In this document: positions 24,975-37,746 of the stretch, one piece after another | Position numbering within the stretch: the stretch's first letter is position 1 | How the letters are laid out: the number at the start of each line of letters is the position of its first letter | NCBI RefSeq assembly: GCF_004010195.1 | Contig: NC_057718.1 | Span: 103,881,954-103,945,953 of the forward strand | DNA: 64,000 nt | Origin: Chiloscyllium plagiosum | Taxonomy: Eukaryota | Direction of reading: 5' to 3' | Made by a program: the position numbers and the translations under genes | Notes under the pieces: model-generated | Told to the model about the DNA's origin: nothing | The model's database searches: none | Seen by the model: only the letters and a program-made list of their open reading frames with translations

Positions 24975-25370
24975 GACAACTCAAATTTATATTGCAACCT
25001 TTAATCTAATAAAACACATCAAGGTGTTTCACAGTAGCATTATTATCAGAGTGTGACACCGAGCTGCATTTAGTCAATGAGCTAGCTTTCAGAAATGAGA
25101 AGTGAGGTAGACAAGCAGAGAGGTTGAAGTAGGGAATTTCAGAGCTCAGGGCCTAGCTGGCTGCTGGTAGAACCGTGTCAGGGGTTCCCAAGAGGCCAGA
25201 ATGCAGGTCACTTGGAGGGTTGTGGGGCTGGAGAAGTGACAAGACTGAGGAGGGATTTGCAAACAATAAAGCAATGTTTTAACTCAGGCACGTTCAACCA
25301 GGAGCCAGTGTAAGTCAGCAATCGCAGGGTGGTGATGGGTGAATGGAGCCTGGTGCAATTCAGGGTACAA
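24975..25370 (-). mobile_element. L2-like LINE 3' end, old
   Basis: L2-type tail (tttatattgcaacctttaa...aaggtgtttcacag) and agggaatttcagagctcagggcc, ggagccagtgtaagtcagca. Confidence 0.65.
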
Positions 25371-25887
25371 AATGTCCACCCAAAAAAAATCAATGCAGCA
25401 GCACCTTCACCAACGTGACTGCAGAGACCTATCAGTCAGAGATAACCTGAGATAGGTAATAAATACAAGGAACACTCTTCCCTGAAACTGGGAATGCAGT
25501 AGGAACCCAGTGGGTAAGAGTGGCTAATCAAACAGAATAAAAGTCACTGCAGGCAACCCATTAACATGGACAATGCCAAATTAGGGTTTAACCTACTGTC
25601 AAAACCAAGGGCAGTGGGCTGAACTGATGGTTTACTGTACTCTTGAGCCAGTTACAACTGAGCTTGGATCTAAAAAGGGGAACTGAAATTGCTAAGTGAA
25701 TAAATAAACCAGCCAGGTTCCTCAACAAGGGAAAAAGTTAATTTTATTTTTAAAAAATACTCACACAAAGAGGCAGAAATGATTGCTAAAAGGTTTAAAA
25801 TGTGTAAATGTAGCAAATAGTCCCACTAATGTAGAAAATAAAACAAGAACCACAATTTTTCCACACCCCCCAACTCAGACATGCAAA

Positions 25888-26080
25888 CATCACACAACAC
25901 TGAATTATAGTCCAACAGGTTTATTTGAAACTGCAAGCTTTCGGAGCCCGTGCTCAGTGCCTGAGGAAAGAACTGGAAATCCAAAAGCTTGTGGTTTCAA
26001 ACTAACCTGTTGGACTATAACCTGGTGTTTGTGTGATTTTTGACTTTGTCTACTCCAGTCCAAAACCGGCACCTTCATAT
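25888..26080. mobile_element. PLE (third family) terminal fragment, inverted, TSD catgcaaa
   Basis: tatagtccaacaggtt..caagctttcgga is inverted against tccaaaagcttg..aacctgttggactata; catgcaaa at 25880-25887 and 26081-26088. Confidence 0.75.
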
Positions 26081-26254
26081 CATGCAAAAAGCAGACAATA
26101 AAACTCTGCAGAGTTATCAGAGACTAAAACTTGACCAGATATCTCAGGAATGAAGATGCTCCCTGAATTGGGCAGGTGCTTGCTTTCAATTGTAGAGCCA
26201 CTCAGAGCTGGGCTGTTTCCCTTCTTCTCCTGGAGACAGTTGAATTGATTCAGA

Positions 26255-26510
26255 ATTTCCCCGTGTCTGCGTGGGTTTCCTCCTTGCGCTCTGGTTTCCT
26301 CCTCCAGTCCAGAGATGTGCAGGTTAGGGTGGATTGGCCATGGTACATTACTCATGGTGTTCAGAGATGTGCAGGCTAAGTGGATTGGCCGTGGGAAATG
26401 CAGGGTTACTGGGATAGGGTAGATGAGTGGGTCTGGGTGGGATGCTCTTCAGAGGGTCAGTGTGGACTCGATAGGCCAAATGGCCTACTTCCATACTGTA
26501 GGGATTCTGT
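26255..26510 (+). mobile_element. HE1-type V-SINE, 5' truncated
   Basis: ccccgtgtctgcgtgggtttcctcc...ctcttcagagggtcagtgtggactcg. Confidence 0.9.
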
Positions 26511-27749
26511 GTGGCAATATTTCTGTCTGTTCGCTCCAAATCCAGTCGCTGTCTTACACCTTGAGTCATGTAACCTTTCTCCAAGAGCTTCTTAGACTCG
26601 GGAGATGGAATTTTCTATTGTTGAGGTTAATTGTAGAGACAGGGACATCCATCTGGGGTGAGGTTTTCTCAACTTCTTACATATTCATGCATGGGTGAAA
26701 CACCAAATTTTCAATGCAGGAAGATTCCCTCCACCCCCTGCCCAGGGATCTTCACAACTCTGCTATCCAAGCGCCACATGTAACTGGGCATCTGGACAGC
26801 TCATCACTCTCTGCCACTGAGGAGCATCTGACACCTTCTGCTCATCACCTTGCCACCCACCACCCCACCCAGAAACCACCCCTCTCCTCACGCCCCACCA
26901 CCCACTATCTGTTAGTGACCCACCTGAGGGCTGTCCAGGAGACAAAGGAAGGGCATTGCCCCAGGGCTGGTGACAGGGTGCAGCCTGGACTGAGCTGTCT
27001 GCGGTTGCCAGTGACCATGGGAAGCAGAGAGGACCAGGCCCCAGTGTTCTGCTGTGCTTTGCCAGGGTGTGTGCCAATATCTATCCATGCTCCATGCCCC
27101 TATGAGAGTGAGGGTACCACTGCAGAGGGCAGCTATCTCCATAAAACGCCTCCTGTACAATTAATGGCTGCCACTTTGTTGCAGATGCCAATAGACCGGT
27201 CCCACAGTGGCACTGCCTCTCACACATCTGCCAGGATTCACACTTCAATATAACAGGAGCAACCATCCACAGCAGCTCCTGCACCATCAGCTGGCTGACC
27301 TATTATCCCGATTGTGAGAAGGTCCATATCGCTGAGCTTTTCACCAAAGGCTTACCTGGGACCAGGACACAGCTACAAACGTGGCCTTTTGAGTTGAACT
27401 CTATGTGCCTGCATCAGCCAGTGTGTGGCTCCTTCACTTGAACAGGCTTGTTGGCTCAGGAGGGCTTCACCCCAAACACTGGAAACGCTGAACAACAACA
27501 AGCCAGACTGAATGTGGCCCAGACAACCCATGAGCTGATCAACATGGTGAGACTTCACCCAGAACACTGGAAATGTTGAACAACAAACCATCATGTTTCT
27601 GAAGAAAACAAGTAGCCTAAGCCATTTGGAGGAAACAGCAGCTGCCCCCTCCAGCTACACGCCTGATTGGTCAGGTTGGGTTTGTGAATAGGGACAGCAC
27701 TCCTATTTGACCGTGAGGGTTATTCCAGGAAGGACTGGGTGGTAATGAT

Positions 27750-27875
27750 TATTCAGATATTTTTTAATCAATCTGTCCAGGGATGTTATTACACAGCTCT
27801 GGGACAGATGGGGACTTGAACCTGAGTCTCCGGGCTCTGAGGTAGGGGCACTACGACTGCATCTTAAGCACCTCT
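27750..27875 (-). mobile_element. Short tRNA-derived SINE (copies also at 28670-28745, 29215-29335, 43235-43320)
   Basis: Reverse complement has A box tgcagtcgtag and B box ggttcaagtcc; four mutually similar copies. Confidence 0.75.
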
Positions 27876-28399
27876 TGATGATTATCCATGACATACTGAT
27901 CAATGCCAAACAGGTGCTGAGTACTGAGTTGGGAAATCAACATGCCTGAAAAATTCCAAAGATTTATTAACAAGGCTTTAACCCGCCAACAGCAACTGAA
28001 TATTTGTTCACCCCTCCCCATTAAATTCACTGCCCATCCTTTGCAAAATTTAAGCTCAACCGGGAAGATTTCACACAGTGTCTTGCAAAATTCAGTTTGT
28101 GGTCTTCACAACTGTGACATCACAGATTCTGTCAACCAATCTCCTTCAGTTTGAAAAATTTCAAACTATACAGTATATATCCAGCTGATCTCTTTCTAAA
28201 TTAATATTTTAGATAGTGCATCTCCATAGTATAGTAACATATTAACACACACAGATCTAAATCTGGGGTTGCATAACAGAGAGTGAATTCGCTTTGGGTC
28301 AATGAAAATTGTGACATTGGCTGTTAGGGGCTGAATAAGGGGATAATCTATTGTCTTGTGAATCTTAGACAATTTCACTGGTATGCTAAAGTCTCTAAA

Positions 28400-28620
28400 A
28401 GCAATGAACTGCAGATGCTGGAGAACTGAAACAAACACAGAGAATGCTGGAGAAACTCAGCAGGTCTGGTAGCACCAGCAGAGAGAGAAAGCAGAATTAA
28501 TGTTTTGAGTAAAGTCTGACTCTTCTTCAGAACTGGAGAGAGAGAGACGGAAATGCAATGGTTTTACGTTGTTGAAAATGAAGAGAAGGAACAAAGCAGA
28601 AAGGCAAAGGAAGGTTAGAG
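28400..28620 (-). mobile_element. PLE terminal fragment
   Basis: actgcagatgctggag...gctggagaaactcagcaggtctgg...ctcttcttcagaact. Confidence 0.8.
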
Positions 28621-29380
28621 GACAAGAGAGATTACAACCATTGTCAGCCGACTTGTTCAGACTTCATTCAGTCTCTGGTGCAGGTAGGACCTGAACTCAG
28701 GCTTCCTGACTCAGACCTAGGGCCACTACCACAGTACCGCAAAGTGAGAGAGGTTAAATCCTGAAGATGCCTTTTGAATGAAAGGCAAAGGGACTGGCAA
28801 TGCATGTAGTAAAGAAGCAAAGCCTTCCCCTTGATGTGTAGCAATTAATTGTCCTTTTTAACAGGTGAAACAGGCAATCTAGGGGAGGTCTGTTTATCAA
28901 GAAAAAAGAAACAAAACATTGGTGCAGGGTAAGTGTACAGACTGTACTGACTTTGGAATCAGTGTGTACTGAAGCAGCCAATAGGAACATAATCAAACAA
29001 CACATCAGACTTGGATTTACAAATATAAATGGGCCATTCAATCCTGTGTGTCAGATGCCTGGAATGAACATGACTATAGGTTGTCCTACAGTTAAATCTA
29101 CAAGATGATCCTGGCCTAGAAACTTTAGGTGTTCACTGGTACAACATGGAATTATAATGCTGACTGACCACTGTCTTGGAAATTTGGTCACATAGGGTAG
29201 TAATTGCGTCCCTGAAGATATTTTCTAACCAACCTGACTAGAGATGTTATTACACACCTCTGGAACAGGTGGGACTTGAAACCAGACCTCCTGGGCCAGA
29301 GGTAGGGACATGACTCACTGCACCACAAGAGCTCCCTGAATTCCCTCAGCCTCAACAATGCACAGCTGTCCCTTAAGGGA

Positions 29381-29564
29381 AGATAGAGACGGTACAGTGT
29401 GATGCTGGAAAAAGTGCAGCAGGTCAGGCAGTATCTGAGGAGCAGGGCATCAGTCTTTGACACGTTGATTCTCCTGCTCCTTGGATGCTGCCTGACCTGC
29501 TGTGCTTTTCCAGTGTCACACTGTATCGACTCTGACTCTCCAGCATTGGCAGCCCTCACTATCT
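29381..29564. mobile_element. Inverted PLE terminal insert, TSD ccttaaggga
   Basis: TSD 29371-29380 and 29565-29574; internal inverted arms. Confidence 0.85.
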
Positions 29565-29964
29565 CCTTAAGGGAGGTAATCACATCACGTTGTGTTCACA
29601 TCAACTGCAGCTAATTCTACAGATAGTGATGAAAGTTCCATGTGCCTCTATTTTTCCTATCGAAAGACTGAGTCACACTTTTCTGTCTTGGTCACTTGCA
29701 CCTTTGTGTAATCTAAAAGTACAATAATACCAGCTCGCATCATCCCTTAGATGGTATTTTGAAATTTTGTGTATTAAATGACAACAGAACTGCCGCTCAG
29801 ATATGCCTTCTCTCTGAGACAGAAAGCTGGAATCAGTCAACATAATCTCCAGGTCTCCTGGTGTTTTGGGAATATCACCATCCCAGTGAGTGGTCTATAC
29901 ACACCAACCTCCTGTCATCTAACATCGACAGGTACACATTCTTGATAATCTCTCTCCTTGGTAG

Positions 29965-30177
29965 TTGAAAAGTGTGGTGCTGGAAAAGCGCAGCGGGCCA
30001 GGCAGCATCCAAGGAGTAGGAGAATCGACATTTCGGGCATAAGCCCTTCTTCAGGAATGAGGCTGGTGTGCCAGGCTGGCTGAGATAAAAGGTGGGGGGG
30101 GGGTGTGGGGGAATTTTGGGGGAGGGGCACAGGGAAGACCTGGGGGGGGTTGCAGTGAGAGAAGGACTCACTGAGAC
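29965..30177 (-). mobile_element. PLE terminal insert with hammerhead motif, TSD ctctccttggtag
   Basis: TSD 29952-29964 and 30178-30190; reverse complement attc-CTGAAGA-agggcttatgccc-GAAA-tgTC-gatt. Confidence 0.88.
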
Positions 30178-31394
30178 CTCTCCTTGGTAGCCCCATTCAA
30201 CAACCTATACCTGCAAGCTGCATGGTGGTTCATTTATCTGGAGAGAAGGAGGTGGAGTGAGAATGTAGTGCAGGTTTTAGGGGTTTGGATAGAGGCTGGA
30301 ATACTTTCCTTATTCTGGTGAATTTCTTGCAAGTAGCAGATACAGAAACTTACATTCCTTTTGTTTGCCAGTGTGATCTCGGTCTTCTGTCTCAGAGAAG
30401 CTGAGTGAAATTTGTTTCCAAAATCTATGTCAGTTCCCAACATCGAGTCTGGAGGGGCATGATTAACCTGAGGCTTTGTAACAATTTGCTTCCATTTCAA
30501 GCACTGGAAACCAATGCAGTGCCTTGGAAACAGGACAGACACTTAGAATATTCTCTTTTTTAAAAAAAACTCTACCCCCAGCTCATCTAACGTGATGACT
30601 TCTGACAATTACAATGTCAAACTCTGCGGGTGTGTATAGCACCCTATCAAACTGAAAAATGCCTCTCTTTGACATTGAAGGTTGAGGTTTTTGACAGCTT
30701 ATCTCATGTGAGTGGGTGGAGGCAATGAACTCCACTCATATAAACACAAATCAGACTAATTAGCTAATTAAAGCCTAATTAAACCCAAGCGAATGCAATT
30801 GATGGAACAGCACTCCTCTGAATACTCAAGGTGATTTCTAGGAATCACTGAAATTAACGTATTAAGACAAGGGGTGTGCTGTGTGGCACAGAGGGGAAAA
30901 TGTCCTCTGTCTGTTATTTGTACCTTTGTTCCAAATGTATCCTTTATAAGCAGAGAAAATAATTTGTAGTGTTTAATTGCAGCTCTTTGTAACACAGCAG
31001 AGGGTTTGTGTCACACCAGTGGCAATTAAGGACCGATTCCTGCTGTAGATTAACATTTGGAATCTTAAGCACATATCCTTCCTCCCCTTGTGTAGTTTCT
31101 GTCCTTAGTTCATTTACATCTTGAAATCACAGGCAATAAGACACAAAAGAGAGATTGCTGAATGATCTCCAGCACTAGAACAATCACACAGACATGACCT
31201 CCTCTCAGGTTGGGTAATAATCCTATTAAATATTCAGAATGGGCTTGATCCAGTGTAATTATTATTGCTGTAATTGTCCTTCTAACCAAAGTAGGGGAAC
31301 TGATTAATTATGAGTGTTATTTATTGTTTCAAATGAAAACTGAAGGTGCTGGAGAAACTCAGCAGGTCTGGTAGCATCTGTGGAGAGGGAAACA

Positions 31395-33553
31395 GGGAAG
31401 ACAACGACCCATTGGTATTATTCTCAGACTATTAATCCAGAAACTCAGCTAATTTCTGGGGATTCAAATGACGGCAGATGGTGGAGTTTGAATTCAATAA
31501 AACCTATGTACTGATGAAAACATTGTCGATTGTCAGAAAAACCCCACCTGGTTCACTAATGTCCTTAAGGGAAGGCTATCTGCTGTTTTTACCTGGTATG
31601 GCCTATACAGATTCCAGACCCGCAGCGATGTGGGTGACTCTCAACTGCCCTCTGAAGTGGTCATGCAAGCCACTCAATTGTATCAACAAAGTCTCAACAA
31701 AGAAGTGAAAGCAGACGGACAATCTGGTAATGTCTTCAGCATCGGCAAAAGCAGCCCCGTTGACCCTGCAAACTCCTCCTGACTAACACCCGGGGGTTAG
31801 TGCCAAAACGGAGAGGGCTGTCTCACAGGTGGGTCCAGCAGCACCCTGAGAGAGTCCTACTCACAGAATCATCGTCAGCTTAATGGAATCAATCAGACCA
31901 TACCCCAGACACCACCACAGCCACCATCCCACTGGCAGCACAGTGGGACACAATCAGGAGGGAGTTGCCCTGGGAGCCCTCAACATTGACTCTGCGCCTC
32001 ATGAAGTCTCATGGTTTCAGCTAAACATGGGCAAGGAAACCTCCTACTGATTGCCACGTACCATCCTCCCTCGGCTGATGAATCAGTACTGCTCCATGTA
32101 GGTTGCTAGGACATAAAATGTCCTCTGGGTGGGGGATTTCAATGTCCACCACCAAGAGTGGCTAGGCAGCAGTGCTACTGATTGAGCTGATCAGGACTAC
32201 ATTGGGTCTGCAGCAGGTGGTGAGGGAACGAACACAGAGGAAACACATACCTGATCTCATCCTTACCAATTCCCCCAGCTGCAGATGTATCTGTCCATGA
32301 CGGTATCTGTAAGCGTGATCACCGTACAGTCCTTGTGGAGACCAAGTCCCACCTTCACATTGAGAATAACCCCCATCGTGCTGTGTGACATTTCACCATG
32401 CTAGATGGGACAGACTTCAAGCAGATCTAGCAACTCAAGATTGGGCATCCATGAGGCACTGTGGGCCATTAACAGCAGCAGAACTGTACTCCAGCACAAT
32501 CTGCAACCTCATGGCCCAGCATATCCCCCACTCAACCATTACCATCAAGCCAGGGGATCAATCCTGGTTCAATGGAGGGCATGCCAGGAGCAGCAGTGGG
32601 TATACCCTGAAGATGAGATGTCCACCTGGTGAAGCCACGAAACAGGACTGCTTACATGGCAAACAGCATAAGCAGTAAGTGATAGACAGAGCTCAGCCAT
32701 CCCACAACCAGCGGATCAGATCTAAGTTCTGCAGTCCTGCCACATCTAATGTAGACAATTAAACAACTCACTGGAGGAGGGTTCTCCACAAATATCCCCA
32801 TCCTCAGTGATGGAAGATCCCTGCCTGTCAGTGCAAAAGATAAAGCTGAAGCTTTCGCAGCAATCTTCAGCCAGAAGTGCCGAGTGGATGATCCATCTCG
32901 GGCTCCTCCAGTGATACCAAGAAACGATTGGAGATACTGGATACCACAAAGGCTATGGGTCCTGACAATATTCTGACAATAGTACTGAAGACTTGTACAC
33001 TGGAACTTGCAGCTCCCCTAGCCAAGCTCTTCCACTACAGTTACAACACTCGCATCTACCTGACAATGCGAAAAATTACCCAGGTACATCCTGTACACAA
33101 AAAGCAGAACAAAGCCAACCCAGCCAATCACTGGCCCAACAATCTATTGATTGGCACCACATCCACAAGCATCCACTCCCTCCACCACCCACGCTCAGTA
33201 GCAGCAATGTGTACTATCTACAAGATGCACTACAGAAAGTCACCAAAGATCAGACAGCACCTTCCAAACCTATGACCACTTCCATCTAGAAGGACAAGGG
33301 CAGCAGATACATGGGAACACCACCCTCCTGCAAGTTTCCCTTCAAACCACTCACCATCCTGACTTGGAAATACATTGCCATTTCTTTACTGTCGCTGGGT
33401 CAAAATCCTGGAAGTCCCTCCCTAAGGGCATTGTGGGTCCACCTACAGCACATGGATTGCACGGGTCAAGAAGGCAGCTCACCCCGACCTTCTCATGGGA
33501 CAGGCAATAGGTGCTGTCCATAGCGGCACCCATGCCCCTTGAATGCATGAAAA
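31395..33553 (+). mobile_element. LINE-B: tRNA/SINE-like 5' leader, APE endonuclease, RT N-terminus (RT core deleted near 33145), 3' end
   Basis: LTNTRGLVPK..VLLTES; WVGDFNVHHQEWLG; RDHRTV; KAMGPDNILTIVLKTCTLELAAPLAKLF; the 5' 290 bp match SINE-B. Confidence 0.9.
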
Positions 33554-33554
33554 A

Positions 33555-34015
33555 TGTTAATATTTCGAATCCAGTGATCCTTCCTCAGACAGATGCAGTG
33601 AGATGTTGCTGAGTTTCTCCAGCATTTTCCATGTTTGGTGCTGAGCTCTGCAGTATTTTGTGTTTAGGGGGATCTGATCAGTGTTGTCTCTGTTTCTTTT
33701 CTTTTCTGAGGAGAGAGGCGCCACTAACCTTTGCCTTTGATATATCCAAAATACAACATGCACTTAATCTGCTATTTTACAACAAATACCCTGGCAACAT
33801 GGCCTGAGATATTCAAAAAATAATCTTGAAAACCAAATAATACAATAATCCAAAGAACTGCGGATGCTGGGGATCTGAAAGATAAAAAGTAAATGCTGGA
33901 GAAACTCAGCAGGTCTGGCAGTCTCTGTGGAGAGAGAGAGAGAAACAGAGTTAATGTTTTGAGTCCCATCACCCTTGTTCAGAACCTGCTGAATTTTTCC
34001 AGCACTTGCAGTTCT
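33555..34015. mobile_element. Two PLE terminal fragments (33555-33665, 33850-34015)
   Basis: gctgagtttctccagcatttt and aagaactgcggatgctgg...gagaaactcagcaggtctggca. Confidence 0.75.
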
Positions 34016-34136
34016 TTGATTTAATTATTAATACAATTTTATTGTTGATTCTTAAGCTGTCTGTTTCTGATCCATGAGGCAAATGCGGCTCTGTTTGTGT
34101 ATTTTCTATTGATGAGTAGAAGTGATTGGTCTTATC

Positions 34137-34822
34137 GGTGTGTGATCAGTGTATGACCAGTGTGTGATCAGTGTATGATCAGTGTGTGATCTGTGTGTGA
34201 TCTGTGTGTGATCTGTGTGTGATCAGTGTATGATCTGTGTGTGATCAGTGTATGATTTGTGTGTGATCTGTGTGTGATCTGTGTGTGATCAGTGTATGAT
34301 CAGTGTGTGATCAGTGTATGATCAGTGTGTGATCAGTGTGTGATCAGTGTGTGATCAGTGTGTGATCAGTGTATGATCAGTGTGTGATCTGTGTGCGATC
34401 TGTGTGTGATCAGTGTATGATCTGTGTGTGATCAGTGTATGATCTGTGTGCGATCTGTGTGTGATCAGTATATGATCAGTGTGTGATCAGTGTATGATTT
34501 TGTATATGATTTGTGTGTGATCAGTGTGTGATCAGTGCATGATTTGTGTGTGATCAGTGTGTGATCAGTGTATGATCTGTGTGTGATCAGTGTGTGATCG
34601 GTGTGTGATCTGTGTATGATCAGTGTGTGATCAGTGTATGATTTTGTGTATGATTTGTGTGTGATCAGTGTGTGATCAGTGTATGATTTGTGTGTGACCA
34701 GTGTGTGATCGGTGTGTGATCTGTGTGTGATCAGTGTGTGATCAGTGTATGATCTTGTGTATGATTTGTGTGTGATCAGTGTATGATTTGTGTATGATCT
34801 GTGTGTGATTTGTGTGTGATTC
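34137..34822. repeat. 11-bp minisatellite (GTGTGTGATCA variants), ~60 copies
   Basis: Direct periodicity of 11 bp with occasional 12-bp variants. Confidence 0.97.
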
Positions 34823-34999
34823 AGTCCCACATTGACCAATGAGAAGATGCTGGGTTTCACTGGACACAGATTAACAGTGACGTGGGCAGGATTATAAAAT
34901 TGGATGTAGCTAAGAACAAGGTAAGTTGTGCTGCGAGGTGCTGAAATAGCTGGTAGCTATAGGAATGTGCAGGTATGTGTGCAATGAAGTGTCAGCCAT

Positions 35000-35465
35000 G
35001 CCACATCTGAGCCTTGTGAAGTAGTGGTTTATGGTCAAAGTACTGTTCCAGAAAACTGTCCCAAACACGTTCTGGGACATCTTCCTCTGCAGCATTAGTG
35101 CTCATTGTATTTACCCTGAGTATACGTGGATTAAAATCATCCATGGTTGCTGCATTTCCCTTGCTATATGGTTCTTTAATTTCCTGCTTAACATGCTTTA
35201 CATTGTGACCACTGCTTGGTATGCTATATACCATTCCAGATGATATTTGCTGCCCCTTCTTGTTTCTTAGCTCAACCTATCCAGATTTTACATCCTGTCC
35301 TTCCTATCAGAGATCTTCTCTCTCTGTCACACTGATCCTGTCCCCTATTATCAGTATTTTTCCCAATTCTGTCTCATTTTGCCAATCCTTCTAAAATGTC
35401 AAGTATTCTTTAATATTCAACTCCTAGTCTTGGTCACCCTGCAGCCATGTGTCTATAATAGCAAT
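35000..35465 (-). mobile_element. Old CR1 ORF2 APE fragment
   Basis: ORF 34992..35234 MDDFN...FLEQY. Confidence 0.7.
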
Positions 35466-35724
35466 TAACAGATTGTCCTGCAGCCTCTCTGTTGTTCTTG
35501 ATCCTTGTAGAAATAGGATCCTGGAGTCACATAGATGGCTATAGAGCTAATGAGTGAATAATCTCCACTATTGCTGCCTTACTCTTCTTCAAAACCCTCC
35601 ATCACCTGTCTCACAGCTGATCTACCTCCACTGCTACAAGTTTGCCTCTCTCTACATTCTTCTGATGAACTGTTATATTCACCTGTATCTAAAACAGAAG
35701 CAAAATTATCCTTTTATGAACATG

Positions 35725-36975
35725 TGTTCATTCATGGGAGGTTTCCATCCCTAATTAACCTTAAGAAGGTGGTGGTGAGCTGCCTTCTTGAACTGCTGCA
35801 GTATTTGCCATGTCATTACCCCGACAATGCCCTCAGGGAGTGAATTCCAAGACATTGACCGATTGACATTGAAGGAACGGCGATATACTTCTAAGTCAGG
35901 AATGTGAGTGGCTTGGAGGGAGAATTTGCAGGGGATGGTGTTCCCATGTACCTACTGCCCCTGTCCTTCTAGATGGAAGAGGTCATGGGTTTAGAAGGTG
36001 CTGTCGAAGGATCCTTGGTAAATGTTTGTAGCACTTCTCATAGTGCACACTGCTGCTACTGAGCGCTGATGGTGATGGTGATGGTGAATTATTTGATATA
36101 GAATTCCCATCCTTTGATTTGCTGTTATAGCCACTGTGTTTATACGGTTGGTCCTGTATAGTTTCATAGTCAGTACTAATGCTCCAGGATGTTGGTAGTG
36201 GGGTATTCAGTGCTGGTAACACCATTGAATGTCAAGGGGCTGTGATTAGATTTGTCTTTGTTGGAGATAGCCATTGCCTGGCACTTATGTGGTGAGAATG
36301 TTATTTGCCACATGTCAGTGCCAGTCTGGATATTATCCAAGTCCTGCTCCATTGGGACCATTCTGCTTCAGTATCTGAGGGAAACAAGCAGGAGGCTGAA
36401 AGAATACAGCAAGTCAGGCAGCATTAGAGGGTGGAGAAGTCAACGTTTTGGTTGTAGCCCTTCTTCAGGACTGAACATCGTGCAATCATCAGCGAACATC
36501 CTCGCTTCTGACCTCCTGATGGAGGGAAGGTCATTAATGAAGCAGTTGGTTGGGCCTAGGTACAATCCTGAGGAACTCCTGCAGAGATGTCCTGGAGCTG
36601 AGAGACTGACTTTGTACATCCAATGCCATCTCCCCATGTGCCAGGTAAGTTCCCTGATACCCATTGATTCCATTCAAGATTAGATTGGTGCTGGAAAAGC
36701 ACAATAGGTCAGGCAGCATCAGAGGAGCAGGAAAATCGACGTTTCGGGCAATTCCTGATGAAGGGCTTTTGCCCGAAACGTCAATTTTCCTGGTCCTCGG
36801 ATGCTGCCTGAACTACTGTGCTTTTCCAGCACCACTCTAATATTGACTCTAATCTCCAGGCATCGGCAGTACCCACTTCTGCCTACCATTGATTCCCGTT
36901 TTGCTAGGGTTCTTCAATGCCACACTCAGTCAAATGTGGCCTTGATGTCAAGGACTCTCACTTTCATCTCACTTC
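35725..36975 (-). mobile_element. LINE-B RT/3' region containing two PLE inserts (36381-36472, 36672-36885)
   Basis: CFINDLPSIRRSEARMFADDCT; QDLDNIQT..WQITFSPHKCQAM; TSD ccattgattcc at 36661-36671 and 36886-36896. Confidence 0.88.
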
Positions 36976-37719
36976 CAGAAGATCTCCAGATGTGACTATC
37001 CACCATGTCATTTCAAGATGGGTGAGATATTGCAGGAGAGTTAGGCTCCAGGAGCTTTTAGCCTTAAGGTACAACCATTCAACTACATCAGGCTGTGACA
37101 CTGCAGGGAATGTGCACTGAGTTTTGAATACACTTAGACAGCAGTCAAGGAAAGGCCAGCTTCAACAAAAGAATATTATTTTTTAAAAAGCCAATGGATT
37201 GTACCAGAACAAAAAGCATTGTGAATAAAGCCAGTTTATCAGAAGTAAGTTTAATACTGATATAAAAATGTGTATTTGCATCTCATACTATGTAACTAAA
37301 AATGATACATCTATTGAGTGTATTTCTGTTTATTTCTCCATGAGTTAATCCAGAGAGATAACATTAATCCTGAAATTTAGACAATGTCAGTAGGGATGGA
37401 TTTTTTAATGCAAAAGTATACTTTATTCATAAACAATTTGTATCTACATTCACAGGTGCAATGGAAAGAGACAGAGAGGCTGCACACTCATTAAGGAAGA
37501 CAGGCTGCAGTCTCCTGTATGAGTGCCTTGTGTGCCCCACTGTGACTTCAAACTAAAGGTGATTTTGTCTGTGGGTATCCAGATTATGCACTGCTTAATT
37601 ATGTGCCAACTAATTGCTGTTACCTTCCTTGAATGTCCTCAGGTAATAAGAGGGCACATTTCTCCCCCTGCTCACCAGCCCGTGAAGAGAAAGTGCTCAG
37701 TAACCCTTCTTCCACTCAC

Positions 37720-37746
37720 CAGACAAAGGAAGTTTACTGAAGCAAG
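37720..37746 (-). other. Candidate 27-nt microexon
   Basis: cttttctctctctctcttgctcAG | cttgcttcagtaaacttcctttgtctg | GTGAGT. Confidence 0.4.

Noticed and set aside
34465..34860. His/Thr-rich repeat protein ORF
   Set aside because: Translation of the 11-bp minisatellite
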